The translations under genes were made by a program, and so were the position numbers. A stretch of 64,000 nucleotides of DNA from Iphione sp. A-MEVVRFRX5 (lineage: Eukaryota): positions 23,250,001 through 23,314,000 of the forward strand of contig OZ320313.1 of the NCBI GenBank assembly GCA_976226885.1, written 5' to 3'. The notes beneath the pieces were generated by a model. It saw only the letters and a program-made list of their open reading frames with translations. It ran no database searches and was not told the DNA's origin. Below are positions 10,582-23,962 of this stretch, piece after piece. How positions within the stretch are numbered: position 1 is the first letter of the stretch; every line of letters starts with the position of its first letter.

Positions 10582-12182
10582 ATTCTTACGTCACTTTAGA
10601 AGAAAAATCTGGTTTCTCAAGTTTTCCATTTGCCATTTGAAGCAATGCTAATCTATTTGAGCATTCTCACAAAACACTTAGTTCACGGAACCCAGTCACT
10701 GTCATCATATACATATACCCACTACATTCATGATTTTGTAAGATAAATGCTCAGATTTATACCATGATGTAATAAAATGCACACTTCCTAGTTTCGTAAT
10801 GCAGACTGCCTTGATATTTTAAGAAAAAAAGTACAAGTAAGCCTAAAAGAGCTCAAATTAGTTTTAGACCTAAACAACACAAACAGACGTCTCATATGAA
10901 AACTCACGCCTCATATGAAAAGATAACTTTTTAGTCAATATTGTTCATGGAAATTGATAAGGTGTAAAATCCAGCGTGAAGCCCGTGATGTCCAAAGTGT
11001 TTCTAAAGTTAGTCCACAAAACGGTATTCCAGATAAACAGGGAACATAGATATCCTCATGTCCAATATGTATACTTGTCTGCAAAGCACAATGTTGTGGA
11101 TGAGTTTAATAGTCCATCATACAAGTCAGATGTATTTACATACAAGAGAATGCACACAATCTTGAACAAATGTCCTTATATATCCACCCACCATAGTTAG
11201 GTTTCTTCGAGGTAAATATCCTAAACTACCGACTGACTGGCAACAATCAAATGTTCCACACGTAACGTATAGCATTACAAATAGTCACATGATGCAATTA
11301 CAAAATTAATCCGTTTTCCTATCTTAGACCTTTCCCACTTTGCTTTATATTAAATGAATACTACGCAAATTTCACAGTCATAACGTACAATGTATCTACA
11401 TGTATAAGTATTGTCATTGCTAGGCACCCTATTTTGTACTATAAAAAGAACAGCGATTTCAGATTGAAGTTCCCACAAACATTGGTTATATTCTGCTTGA
11501 ACAAACTATACAATGATCCTGGTTCACAATATGATTTGCTTTACAGGATTGATTTAAAGCTCCATTCGACACGTCTTTATTTGGTGTATATATGTTGCAA
11601 ACTTCAGCTATGTTTCTTCAGTAGATTTTATTGCTGTGACATGACTCATAACCCACCGCTTATCACTATAATTCTACATTTATCGGAATATAATGGACTG
11701 ACGTATTGGAAACAATAATTACATGTATACATGTACATGTATATGATGTGCATGATGTCATAGGAATTAACGGGAAGTACTCGTATATCAGATGTAAAGG
11801 AGAAACCATGGTGCTAGAAGCTAAAATTCTAAGCAAATAGCTTCTTTATGCTTTAGAAAAACACCATTTCTTGTTGCACAGTGGGAGACCAGAATACACT
11901 GAATTCAGAACGGTTACGTTTTTTTCTGCTACCGGATAGAAAAAAGTGGATGTTCACGGGATTTGAACAAGTTTTTTGAGAAAAAACCGCTACCGTACTT
12001 CAGTAGAATTATTAGCAATCATTTATTTGGTTGTTGGACGTCCAAGATTCAAACATCATAGGCACAACAAAGAGAATGTCTTTCTCAATGACTAAACACT
12101 ATGACGTTGTTTTTCACTCACATGGTATATATTGTACACTGGCTATCTGTCACATTTTCTTGGTTTTTGAGTCCACCTGAAT

Positions 12183-12737
12183 TGCTATCTCCAAGGCAGG
12201 GTATTGTCCGCACAGAAATTTTGGTGTGATGCGTGCAGCCCGGACATCGCCGCAACAGGTGGCAGGTTCTATCCCCATGTGCGCAAAATATATGCACTGT
12301 CTTCCTGATGTGTGTGTGTGTATATGTGTGTATGTGTGCTGTCTCACTGGATTCCTGACAAATTTGTGTAAGTAATGTGTTTTTTGTGCAGATCTCATTG
12401 AATTCCTGTCAAATTTGTGTAAATTATGTGGGATTTTTTTTTCAGATCTGACTGAATTCCTGTCAGATTTGTGTAAATGATGTGTTTTTGTGCAGATCTC
12501 ATTGAATTCCTATATTTTTCTACTCTATTCTGTTCTATTCTATTCTATTATCAGTCTGCACGAAGTGGTGGGGTCCGGGAAGACCGGATGACTAGCGATC
12601 ATCCCGCATGCAGCAGGTGGGGTGTCCGGATCATCCATGCACATGGGTATAATTGTAAATTAACTGCTTGGACTGGACCTCCCGCTGTCCATGCAAAAGG
12701 TGGCGGATGCAGAAGGTTTGCATCCTTGGGGATAGCC
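12183..12737 (-). mobile_element. Non-autonomous derivative (MITE) of the element starting at 59371
   Basis: 12570-12737 is the reverse complement of about 59371-59545 (e.g. ggacctcccgctgtccatgcaaaaggtggcgg vs ggacctcccggtgtccacgcacaaggtggcgg). Imperfect TIR pair TGCTATCTCCAAGG (12183-12196) and CCTTGGGGATAGCC (12724-12737). Confidence 0.7.
12343..12511. repeat. About 51-bp tandem repeat, about 3.3 copies, inside the 12183-12737 element
   Basis: Units ctca(c/t)tg(g/a)attcctg..aaatttgtgtaa...ttttgtgcagat start at 12343, 12394, 12448 and 12498. Confidence 0.85.
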
Positions 12738-14779
12738 TTTTATTTACCTTATGTATTCAGTATCTTAGGATTTAATCATGCTCTAGTAGAGAGCGAAAAG
12801 GATGGTATCAACGAAGTAATCAAGGGATCTTTATTGGTTTATGCCACTCTGCATCGATGTATTCATGTACGTGCACATTGTATTTGTCTACATGTAATGC
12901 TTATTCGAGAGTGCACAGTTTCCAACGCACCATGTTCAGTAGCTGTACTTGTTAGAAGCATACACGTGCAAAAATATATTTCGTTTCTCATCCACGAAAC
13001 ATGCGAGTTATTTCAGTATGGGGAATCCTTCAACCACAGTTGAGTACTATGATGAACGGCCAGTTTTAGTCATCTGCACATCGATCTGGCCAGGCTGCTC
13101 TCCTGATGGGTGACAACTGTCTCTCCCTAATTAAGCACTGCCTCATGTCCGTGACCTTGGCCTTGTGGGTCATTAAGGTCACTTCGTTAGTCGTGTTGAT
13201 GGTCATTAAAACATCCAGTAACACAAGGCCAGTTGCGATACATCTTTATATTAATGAGAACATTATCGCACCAAGTGTCCTAACTTCATGGCCTTGAAAC
13301 CAGGAAAAAAACTGTGGATTATGATGGAATAAACACACTCTGCACTTTGTTTCTTGTACGTATATGCAAGAAGCAAAAATTGAGAACTGGCGCATGTTTA
13401 GTAGACAAAAAAGAAAGCATGTTTGCCTTTATTATCCTTTCTGTCAGGAGAGTAAAAGGAAGTCCCGATGTTGATTCATCCATTTTTTTTAAATGAACAG
13501 GCTATGTACAGAACATCAGCGGACCTATGCCTAAACAGACGTGTATGTATTTCGATTATCTGCAATGCGCAATATTCTAATATTTACAGAACTATGTAGA
13601 TCCGTGGGGAGTTATAAGAAATATACCACATGGAAATTCAGTCTTAAAATTAGAAACGTTTATAGACAGTTCAATCATTTCCATAAAATCAGTGCAACAT
13701 AGCGGGTCAATACAAGGACATTTTGATAAATAAATGCTCTTCCATGTGCATATATATTCATTGTTTTGGATACATAAATGCAACATGCAGAGCAAACTAC
13801 GACCCAGAAATATGCTACCCCCTACCAAGGTGTGCAGAGCATCACACTTATGGCTGCCTACAGGTGATTCCAAGCCATTCTCAGTGAGTTCTGTCATATA
13901 CAGATGTCTAACCTTAGTGGCTTGGAGGTTAATTTTAATACGAGCAGTTGTCATGGTGGCCCCAGGGGTCGTTCTGTCTATTGTAATTAATATGTGTACA
14001 TGTACTTGGAGAAGCCTCACACAGCCTGGTCAAGGAAAATATGGTATGGCTACGTATCCGACAAGTTCAATACATGCACATGGAAAAAACATCTAAGACA
14101 GATGCACACCGATTTCTAAATCAGCCCGGTAGCACATGAGGAAGATCTTATCAAGTAGAGAAGCTCAGCTTATCGTAATTGTATGGGGGATGTGTGTAAA
14201 ATGTGTCATTTAAGAGTTAGTTCATCCAAAGGCACATATGTGTGAATAGATTAGCTATAGATCTTCCTTTCATGTGTGGTTGAGTTCACAAGAGATCTAT
14301 TCATAGACATGTGCTAAGTACGCACATGTATGCGCTTGACCGGCCGCCTTCGAGGCTACCGATAATAATATGAGATCCTTCAAGACATCTTCTACATTTA
14401 AATTCCTATTGCTGGGCGTAACACTTTGGGCCAGTTGCCAGTGGGCTTATAAGAGCGTACCTCACCGACGAGGGAGATGGACAATAGTTGATGTTTGGAG
14501 TACAGTTGTGCAATCTTATCTATGGTGATATGGATAGAAATGTCTTCTTTCAGAACACTGTCAGAAGAGTCCTAAATATAGGGTCATGCAGGTACCTCGT
14601 GGTACAGAGAAAAAGGAAAATGACAAGTGAAAGGCAAAGACAGAGAGAGAGACAGAGAGCGGAGAAGAATGTAACAAACTCAGGTCATTGTAGATTGTTA
14701 AAGCTATGTTAACTGTAAAGTTTCTTGTTATAAGATTTTGGGGATCTCAGGCCCAACCACCATTGCGTTGTGGAGTATA

Positions 14780-15211
14780 CACAGCCAAAAGTCACTTTCT
14801 TGCTCTAGAAAACTTTCCTATTTTAAGATTTTGCATCACAAAACAAGATACATGTAGTTTCTTAGTAAGTAGTTGATTGGTTAAGATATTTCAAGATACT
14901 TTTACTCATTATCGCCTTTCTTCTTCATGTAACTGTAAAAAGTTTCTTGTCTGACTGACCGTCTTTTTTCTTACTTCATCTTCTTGATATGAGAACAAAT
15001 ATGTTGTATCAAGAAGATGGAGTAAGAAAAAAGTTTGTCTGTCAGACAAGAAACTTTGTTCAATTGCTAGAAGACAAGTTCCTATAATTAATGAAATTAT
15101 CTCGAAATATCTTAATTTACCTATTACTTACTAAGAACCTATTTTGTTTTGTAATAGAAAAATCTTAAAATAGGAAACATTTCTTTACCAAGAAAGTTAT
15201 TTTTGGCTGTG
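14780..15211. mobile_element. Hairpin MITE (about 210-bp imperfect arms, 17-nt loop), TA target duplication
   Basis: TA|CACAGCCAAAA at 14778 and TTTTGGCTGTG|TA at 15213. Arms 14780-14989 and 15007-15211 align throughout as inverted copies. Confidence 0.85.
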
Positions 15212-16593
15212 TACCCTAAACAACAGTCAAGTCCTGGTCAGTGATAAAAGATGTGCGCATATTTCATCAATACTGAAGAAGTTCAATACTGTAATAAGTG
15301 TGTTTGTTCTCCCACTTGGTCACTCCAACTATGGAATATCTAGTCCTACTTTGACTAATCCAATGTAGCTTGGGTGTTAATACTCCTACTTAGTAACTCC
15401 AACTATGTGTAATTAAATCCTGGCTCGGTTATTCTTTGTAGTCCTAATGAGTGGCCATCTGGTAAGTCTTCGCTTAAGGTACTCCAAGTGGGTATGTGTT
15501 CTTAACAACTCCCCTGAAGAGACAAGTTCCACAATGGTATCCAAGTGCAGACTGGTTTATTGGCCACACAGGGCCCATATTTATAGTAACTCTCAAGGCC
15601 AGGTGTTCACTTGTCATAGCAACAATGTATCATATGATGGAATGAAATGGTTACAAACTGATTTGTGTTATTACTGTCCACCAATCAGCTCACAGCTTTT
15701 TGGCTACAAAGTAGCAATGGCCTGGATCCCCAGGGTCCAAGGTCACCTTCTAGCTTACTAGGGGCATTTAGTGTAATTTGTAGCCTATAAATCACTTGTG
15801 GTGCCATGAGCAGGCTCCCTGGGGTCATTCAGTACACCCCAAACTCTCGTGGTGCCACGAACTGTACATCAATAGTACATCAGATACAGACTTCCTTAGC
15901 CTTACCCTGGTGGTACCATAAATGATCATAGTACAGGGTGCAACAGATACAGACTAACTTAGCCTGGTGGTGCCGCGTTGGTTGATGCAATAAAGCCAAT
16001 TCATCCAGTTCTGTTGTTCTGTTTGGTGTTTTTCATATATTTGTCTAGTATATGTCTAAAAAAATAAGCTTCGCAGTAGATATTATGAGAGATGCATAGA
16101 GTAGCTAAAAATTTTGGTTTCTCCCACATTGTAGTTAGCGGGTTTACATGCTAGCAAAAAATATTGCAGTGTCATACACACTTTGTGAAACAATGGTTGA
16201 CCATACAGAACAATGTCTGGTACAGGTGCTTGCATTTATTTTAATGATGATGACTGTGACAATAACCTTATTGTACTACATGGATGGTTGGGTATCACAT
16301 CTTGTGTTGCTGTTTTGAGTTCAAGATTAAATAAATTCTAGTGTCAGAACTACAGAATTGTTCACCGATTGTGATAAATATATGAAGTGGGAGCAGATGC
16401 TTCTAAATTGACTTACTTATCTGTTGCCTATTGACTGCAAAGCTAATTGTACAACCTGCTGCATTATAACTGAAGCTGAACAAGAACCTATGAATGTCGT
16501 GTATCATAAACTTTATTACAGGGAGAGTGCATGTAGGAGGAAGACCACTGGAAGAAATGAAGGAAGGAGAGGAGAGTATGGAGTGACAGTGTA

Positions 16594-17618
16594 AGGCCCG
16601 GTTTTCATACCTGCATCGGTGTCCTGGTGCATTTCTGTGTGTATTTATAGATCATGTTCATTAAAGTCTGGGTATACGCACGTTAGTGTCTGGGTGCATT
16701 TCTGTGTGTTTGCAGTGCATTGCCAGTTTGCACTGTATGCCCAATAATTTCCACACACATACACAGTCCCACACACTCCCACACTATTCCTTCATATATC
16801 TTCACATTTCGTCACTTTTCAACATGATTTATGCACATGTCCACACATGTCAGTCCTTTTCCTCACTTTTCCCATCGTTTTCACTGTTTTTAGTGGCTTT
16901 TGACATCAAATTTGTCCCTTTTCATCAGTTTTCCAATCATTTTTGTCATTTTCTGCAGCCTCTAATATCAAATTAATTCTTTTCACCATTTTTTTTATCT
17001 TTCACACAATGTCATCCAACCTCATACAGCTTCAAATGAGAACACCCCTGTAAATGAGGGGTGTCCATGAGGCCCGGCTTCCATACCTTCATTGGTGTCT
17101 GGGTGCATTTCTGTGTGTTTAGAACTGTGTGTTTTTATAGATACAGTCCAGGATGTTCTATACCTGCATTGGTGTCCAGGTGTGTTTCTGTGCGTTTCCT
17201 GTGTATTGCAGTTTTCGGTGCATGCCGATAATTTCTGTACACATGCACACTCCTGCACTGCTATTTCTTCATATTTCTTCACTTTTCTTCACTTTTCTTC
17301 ACTTTTCAACATGATTTATGCACATATCCACATATGCCAGTCCTTTTCCACACTTTTTCCTATCATTTTCACCATTTTTTGCTGCCTCTTATCTCAAATC
17401 CGTCCTTTTTCATTAGTTTCTCCTTCCTTTTACTGTTTTTGCAGCCTTTATCATCAAATTCGTCCTTTTCCAAAATTTTGAGACATTTCATGCAACCTCA
17501 TGCAACCTCAAATGAGGACACGCCTGCGTATAAGGTTGCGGGAAGACTGTGAGAAAAAATATATGCATACCAATGCACAGAGACTTCTTCCACACATGCA
17601 GGTATGGAAACTGGGCCT
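16594..17618 (+). mobile_element. TA-flanked MITE with AGGCCC termini, built of two diverged tandem units of about 470 bp
   Basis: TA|AGGCCCGGTTTTCATACCTGCAT ... ATGCAGGTATGGAAACTGGGCCT|TA. A second left end (gaggcccggcttccatacc) at about 17068 starts a diverged repeat of the first unit. Confidence 0.8.
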
Positions 17619-18888
17619 TAGAGAAGAAAGTTTCATGCACTTTTTGTTAGTTTTGGTAAATGTTTTTGGAGGCTAAGTTGTGGCTTGAGGCCACCTCATG
17701 TTAGAGACAGCCAGGTCCAAGTATTTCACCTGGAACTAGATCATGTTTGTGATGACGGCATATCAATGGTCCTGTGGAGCAGCAAGGTGTGAAGTCACTC
17801 CATTCAGTTTCTGTGTACGGACACCGACAGTCGAATAACTTCCACTGCCTGTGTGTTTGCATATCAAGATGATCATTATCGCTCTAGACCGAAATGGACT
17901 GCATATAATTTTAAATCCGGAAAAGGAGAATTTCATATTTATATATGAATACATATTTAATAAAACGGGTTACAACCGAATACATTTACTTCATGAGAGT
18001 AATGTGGTTTGTTGAAATTCGGACGATCATGTCTGACTCTTTAAGGCATGACTCGTTGAGCTACTGCAAGTTGTTCATGTCTTTTCCGGGGAAAACTATT
18101 GACTTTCTCCGTTGTCCAACTGCAGTGAGTGTGATAGACCAGTGGCGAAGGAAACAGGAAACTCGCTAACCAAGTACGCCTTATCTTAATACTGAGAACA
18201 GTTAATTTGCTAGACTGAATAAAGTAGCATGATAAGGCATGTACTTAGCAACCGGTCATTCGCTCCATAAGGGGAACAATAAACAACGTGTCAAGTAAGA
18301 ACAGTACTTATAATCAATATACGGCTACCGATGAACCAATGAAACAATTGTCCCTAGTCATATTGTGGTGGTAATGCGCTTTGGTCTTTTACACAACTGT
18401 CTCTACCGTCTCTCTAATAGACATCACCGAAAGGGAGCGGCAGGCATTAATTCGTTAGGTATAAATACACACACATAACTTTGCTTTATCAGATAGTATA
18501 GCCGGAAGAAAGGTGCATGGAACATAAAATGAATGCTTCTAAAGGTGTAAAACGTTTCCTTCTTATGTCTGTACTACGCAGAACTCAAACTGTGATTCCA
18601 AGAGCCGTTTACATGTAATTTCAAATATATATACTGAGAGTAAAAAAACTGAAGACGAAGACTCTAATGTAGCACGGTTTTGACAAGTTGTGTCCCAATA
18701 GCTGGGTAAGGGAATGGAGGATTCAGTCCAAGGCATGAGGACCTTTTCCGATTAAACGAGAGGACCACATTCTCCTACCGAGGTGTAAACATTCTTACTT
18801 CCTTCTCTCCTTTCAGTCTTCCTCTTACCTGTGTATATATACACATCTTTCTGTCTCCATAACTACTCTTTTCTGCATATTTCCCTTA

Positions 18889-18919
<31 letters not shown>

Positions 18920-19699
18920 TTTCTCTCGCCCCCCCCCCAATCGTTTCATCCTCCATCATGGCTATACGCAAGCTTTTTTGAGTCAAATCTATTTTCACTC
19001 AATGAGTATTTGTATTCTGACCTGCCAGGCAACTGTGACCATGGTGATGAACCTGAAAATATTTTGTACTTTCTGATTGGGTACCCGTGTGTAGCTTCTG
19101 ATTAAGTCCTCCTGTGTGTACTCCTTGTAAACTTTTTTCAGTCCTTCCCTCTTTCTCGTACACTAGCAAAAAAAGGAGACATGGCGACTGTACGACGCAC
19201 CGTACACACAATACACACTGACTGATGTGAAACCCACTTAATGATATTATACAGGATACCAGTATACAGAGTATATACTGTTTGAAATGGTGTGAAACAC
19301 ACAGCTGAAACACCATGCATAGGAAAAATAACGGTGCTAAAAATAAAAAGGAATGTAACCAATAAGTCACCGAACAACCTAAAACATTCATTTCATTTTT
19401 TCATTTCATTTCATTGTATCATTTACCAGGAACTAGATATTCCCTATCACATGACAGGGCTCTTCCATATCCTCCTGGGGTAGCATACTACCTTTTATTA
19501 TTGAGAATTGAGAGACCAGAATATCCGGGGTTGTCCCCTACTCTTATTTCATATAATGCAGGATTGTCTCCTACTCTTATTTCATATAAGTTTCTGGGGT
19601 CTTTTTGTGCATAGGGGACAAAATCCTATACACCCACAGCTTTTTTTTACAAGTTGTGGACCACTCTGGCTTAGGGCTACTGTAAATCTGTCTGGTCTT

Positions 19700-19776
19700 G
19701 ATCATGAGTCCCAGGCCTGGGATTGAACATGTGACCTCTCAGTCAGTGGGCCAGTGCTCTACCACTGAGCATTCTC
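19700..19776 (-). mobile_element. tRNA-derived SINE head or tRNA pseudogene
   Basis: Minus strand reads GCTCAGTGGTAGAGC (A box), 27 nt, then GTTCAATCCC (B box), which is tRNA-like spacing. Acceptor and anticodon stems are not intact. Confidence 0.7.
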
Positions 19777-22700
19777 ATTATAAAAAAATTCACAAAACTA
19801 CTGAAAGAGCAAAATAGCTTGAGATCTACACTATAATCCTAAGAGGTATAGATAACAGAAAGACACAACAAGTTCACATACCATATGCACTAAGTTAAAC
19901 CCTTGGATTTAATTCAAGGGTGAACAAACAAGACAAGAGATGTCACCAGGTTATATATACGAAAATTTGTAGATAGCCTCGTATTGTTAATTGTAAATGT
20001 ATCTTCGCTACAAGTGTTACTAGTTTTGAGCCATGGCATCCTTAGCCAGGTTAAATAAACCTTTTAAAAATAGTCAAGACATCCTCAGGTTCAGCTCTCC
20101 TAAAGCTCCTATCATAAGTCAGAGTAGGGCCCGGAGAGGTATTGTGACACTTTACATTGAGGGTAGGTCATGCAGTAACTTAAGCGACTTGTTTCTGTTG
20201 CAAAAAGCATTTCTACTCCGAACGGTACTCCTAGATATGTTTTTATCAAATGGATACTACGAAATGCCCCTGTAACCTCAAGGAACGTTACTTCCGGAAA
20301 TATTTCTATCATGTTTTCTATGAAATACTCTTGATAACCTCGGGGATCAGTTCAGTTCAACTAAATAAACAATAATATGAGAGTTACTGTTCAGAGTTTG
20401 TTTTGCACTGAATGTATATGGATCATATGTATGTATTGTGTACAAATAAACAATGCAGCCTTGAGCAAAGGTATTACACATTTATCTACTTTTGAGATAA
20501 GATAAGTGAACGTGCACGGAAAGACGGAATCTGTATCGGGGACCCGTGGTATTTACGATTGACCGGAATATGGCTGAATAATGCATGGCCCGTCACCATC
20601 ATATTGAACAGTGATATTCAGGACATGTCTCGAGAACTTAGCTAACCCCTGTTCACGCGGTGCGTCCATCGATTCCATGGTAAACTTGATATACAGTAGC
20701 GAATATCATTCATATACATGTATTGATTTTCTCCGTGTTGCCTTTCGTCTTTTTTGTCGAATTTTTACCATGCTATACAGTCGACGTTCCCATAAAGACC
20801 AGATCATAGAGGATACCAGACCACAACAGAGACCACATTTTAATCATACCCAAAGCTTTTTATATAGAAAGAGACAACAGAGGAGAACAGACTACAAAAG
20901 AGACCAAATTTCTTCAATGCAAGAAGTGAACTCCAAAACGAGACATAAATTGACTGTAATTATATACACAGATGCATGTATACATACGTGTGTATCTGCG
21001 TGTGGGCATGTGTAGAATGCCATGGAAAAGGAATGAAGGTGGGGCATTGAGTATGCCGATTTTGAGTCAAACGATTCACGCAGACAGTCGATACAAATAT
21101 GTGTATAAATAATAATACATTTACATTTATTAATGAGCCACAGAGACATTTGGGAAGTTTGCAGCTCTAGTTCCGAGTTGATCTCCAAAAGAAAACATTG
21201 CCGTTTGATCCAATAAAGACAGTAATACTTCGCGGAACATACAGGTAGAAGGTACTGGTGTAGCGATTGGTAGTGTCATTCATTCAGAATAGACCAGATA
21301 AGACGCACCAGAAGAAGCATCGTGTTTTGCCAAAAATATCTTTTTATCTCGGATTATTTCAATAGCATATCATTACCTGCTATCATGGTGATAGAGGGTG
21401 GTGAAAGTATCACGTTCATTCCACTTCACTACAGTCTCGCCCTGGCATGCCACCAGCCAGCCTCGGTACTTCGTTGAGATCTCCCACCTACGCACCCAGA
21501 CCTTACATAATTTATCCCCGTTTATTTACATTCCTATTTACTAACCTTTGACTCTCATTATTCAGCACTTTAATGTAGACTGTTTATATGTATATTATTG
21601 ATGTTTACCATTACTCCAGATTAAAACCCCATTCATTAGTCTTATTTGACCTCTCACATGTTCTTAACTAACTCTTGCGAGTCGTTGTTGTTATAATCTC
21701 ATGTTAATCGTATTGGATTCGCAGGTCACCGGATTGTGTATACTATTGCTGTGTCATTGCGTAGTTTTCAACTGATGGTACTTCTGAAAGGTATGTTTTA
21801 TTCATTCATTAAGGACGTTTTCCAGTGTGTATCTTCTAGTTTGTTGTTTGGAGGTCCTCTCGGTAAAGTCTGTTAGACTTTTACTGGTCTTTTCTTTACA
21901 CCCTCCTCGTGATTCTCTTTGCGTGTGATTTACGTTTTCCTGACATGCGATGTGTGAGAATAGTTAACCTTTCCCAGCCCTTCCCTGCGTGCCTTCTGTG
22001 TTCTCCAGTTGCATAATATAATTACCCGGCAGCCTGAATCTGGGGTTTAAATGTACAATCTAGCAGCAACTCACCTTGACGGCTCCAAATGTTATAGACT
22101 ATTATTTGTTTTGTAAGAGAAACAACCCACTAATCAACTCTATATTAGGGTTAACAGATCATGTTCAGTATATATATTTCTTGCAGAAAAGAACACATTT
22201 TTGCAAATTACCATACATGCCAGCACCCTCATTCTAAGATATTAATTTGACGAGACCCTGGTGCATAAGTCCTCTTTATGTATAATGATATCAGGAAGAT
22301 AAACGTCATAAAAGATAACACCTATGTGTCCTGTAACTGTAACAATATATACTAGCAAATCCATTTAAAGCACCCCTTCCACTCTTTTGTCTCTTCAGCC
22401 CTGCCATCCCCCAGTTCCATATTTTCACATAATTTTACTTAGTTTTGTTGTGATCCCTTCTGTTGCTGCAAAAACTCACACATGTTTGCGAAGCATGACT
22501 TGCCCTCTCTGTGTACAGCTGATACGTATGTATGAGCTCAAATGAACTGCACCGCAGGGAATGGAAAATGCCTAGAGGGTCTGTACAAGGGTTGGAAGAT
22601 TCATGTTGCATTTATCGAAATTTTTATGATGTAATGGGGGGAGGAGACCCTCCCCCCCACACACAACTATTTTTCCTAAAACGCCCCCTTAACTTAACCT

Positions 22701-23962
22701 CCGGTAAAGGTTCCTCTCTCACCATTTAAGGGCATTTAAGTGTGACCTGCAGAAAACCCTTGTTTTCAAATAAGGGCAATTTTAGCATAACTTCCTGTAC
22801 ATTTGTTTCAATTAATGTGAGGGAGACCACCCACTGGCCCCCTATTTCTTTTTCACATGCGATTCCAACACTATTAATTTAAAACCAGATAATTTTTTTT
22901 CTTGTTAAATGTACAAACCTCTCTCTTCACAAACTTTCTATACTGACAGTGTTAATTATTCAGCTGCCAGTCAACCTAAGATGTTCGTCAATATGAATTT
23001 AAATGATGCTTCTATGATTACTTTCATGTATATATGTTTGCCGTCTTCTGTATTAACTACCCGTATTTTTGTATGTCTGCTACTTGTTTCGTCCAATTAT
23101 ACTATTAATTTTAGGCTTTTCCTGCTTTTGACCAGAGAACTGCGCCCGGCAAGAGGTCAACTTGCAAGACGTAATATTTTTAAGAGTAAGTTATGGCCTG
23201 TATGATAACACTACATGGGCTATTACATTTTAAAATGGATGCTTTCATTTTTTTAAAACGCTTTCGCCGACAACTTCTGGGGAAAAAAACTGCAAGCTGT
23301 AAATAGGATTTTAAAGCCGAATCATTGTGATCTCATCGTTGAGGTAATATGATACCTATCACACGTCAGGTTAATATTAATAGGCTTTCATACGTTGCAT
23401 TTATACCTACGTGATAAATGACTAATTTAATTGCGTCTATTCATTTGAAAAGTGTCCTGTTTGTTACATTAAGGTTGACTCGTAGATAGACGCTCTGCGA
23501 TGGTACCTTGTGATGGCCCCTGCCATCAGACAGCCCAAATGCGACACAAATTATGCTAAATACATGACAAAAGTGCTCCAATCAACAACCGTGTAGCAGC
23601 TGGCCGTTATACTTCATATGCTTTTCATATTCTAAAAGCATTTGTCATAAACCTTTGGGATATCCGACCCATCTTACGCAAGGGAGATTTGAAAACAAAG
23701 TTAGATTTTCTCATATATTTGGTGAATCCATATGTCGAAAATGAGTGCGAGACAACACGTGAGTGATTATCTAAACAATGTCTTGTAATTTGCAACATAT
23801 GGATATAGTCAGAATTGCCCATGACAGTATTAAATGTAAGACTATCACTGTTTGACGTTTTCTATGATATTAAATGTTCTATTTTCCTGTGGACCCACAC
23901 TTCATCAAGGGATCAAAACTATGAAGCTATGTTCAAACAGACTGATAGATTACATAGAAGAA

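Noticed and set aside
12222-12277. tRNA-like A/B-box spacing (tggtgtgatgcg...ggttctatcccc)
   Set aside because: No cloverleaf. The ctatccccatg motif is equally explained as a subterminal repeat of the surrounding MITE.
19531-19590. 26-bp tandem duplication (period 33)
   Set aside because: Ordinary local duplication with no other structure.
19700-19776. Functional tRNA gene
   Set aside because: Boxes are present but acceptor and anticodon stems do not pair, so it is treated as a SINE head.
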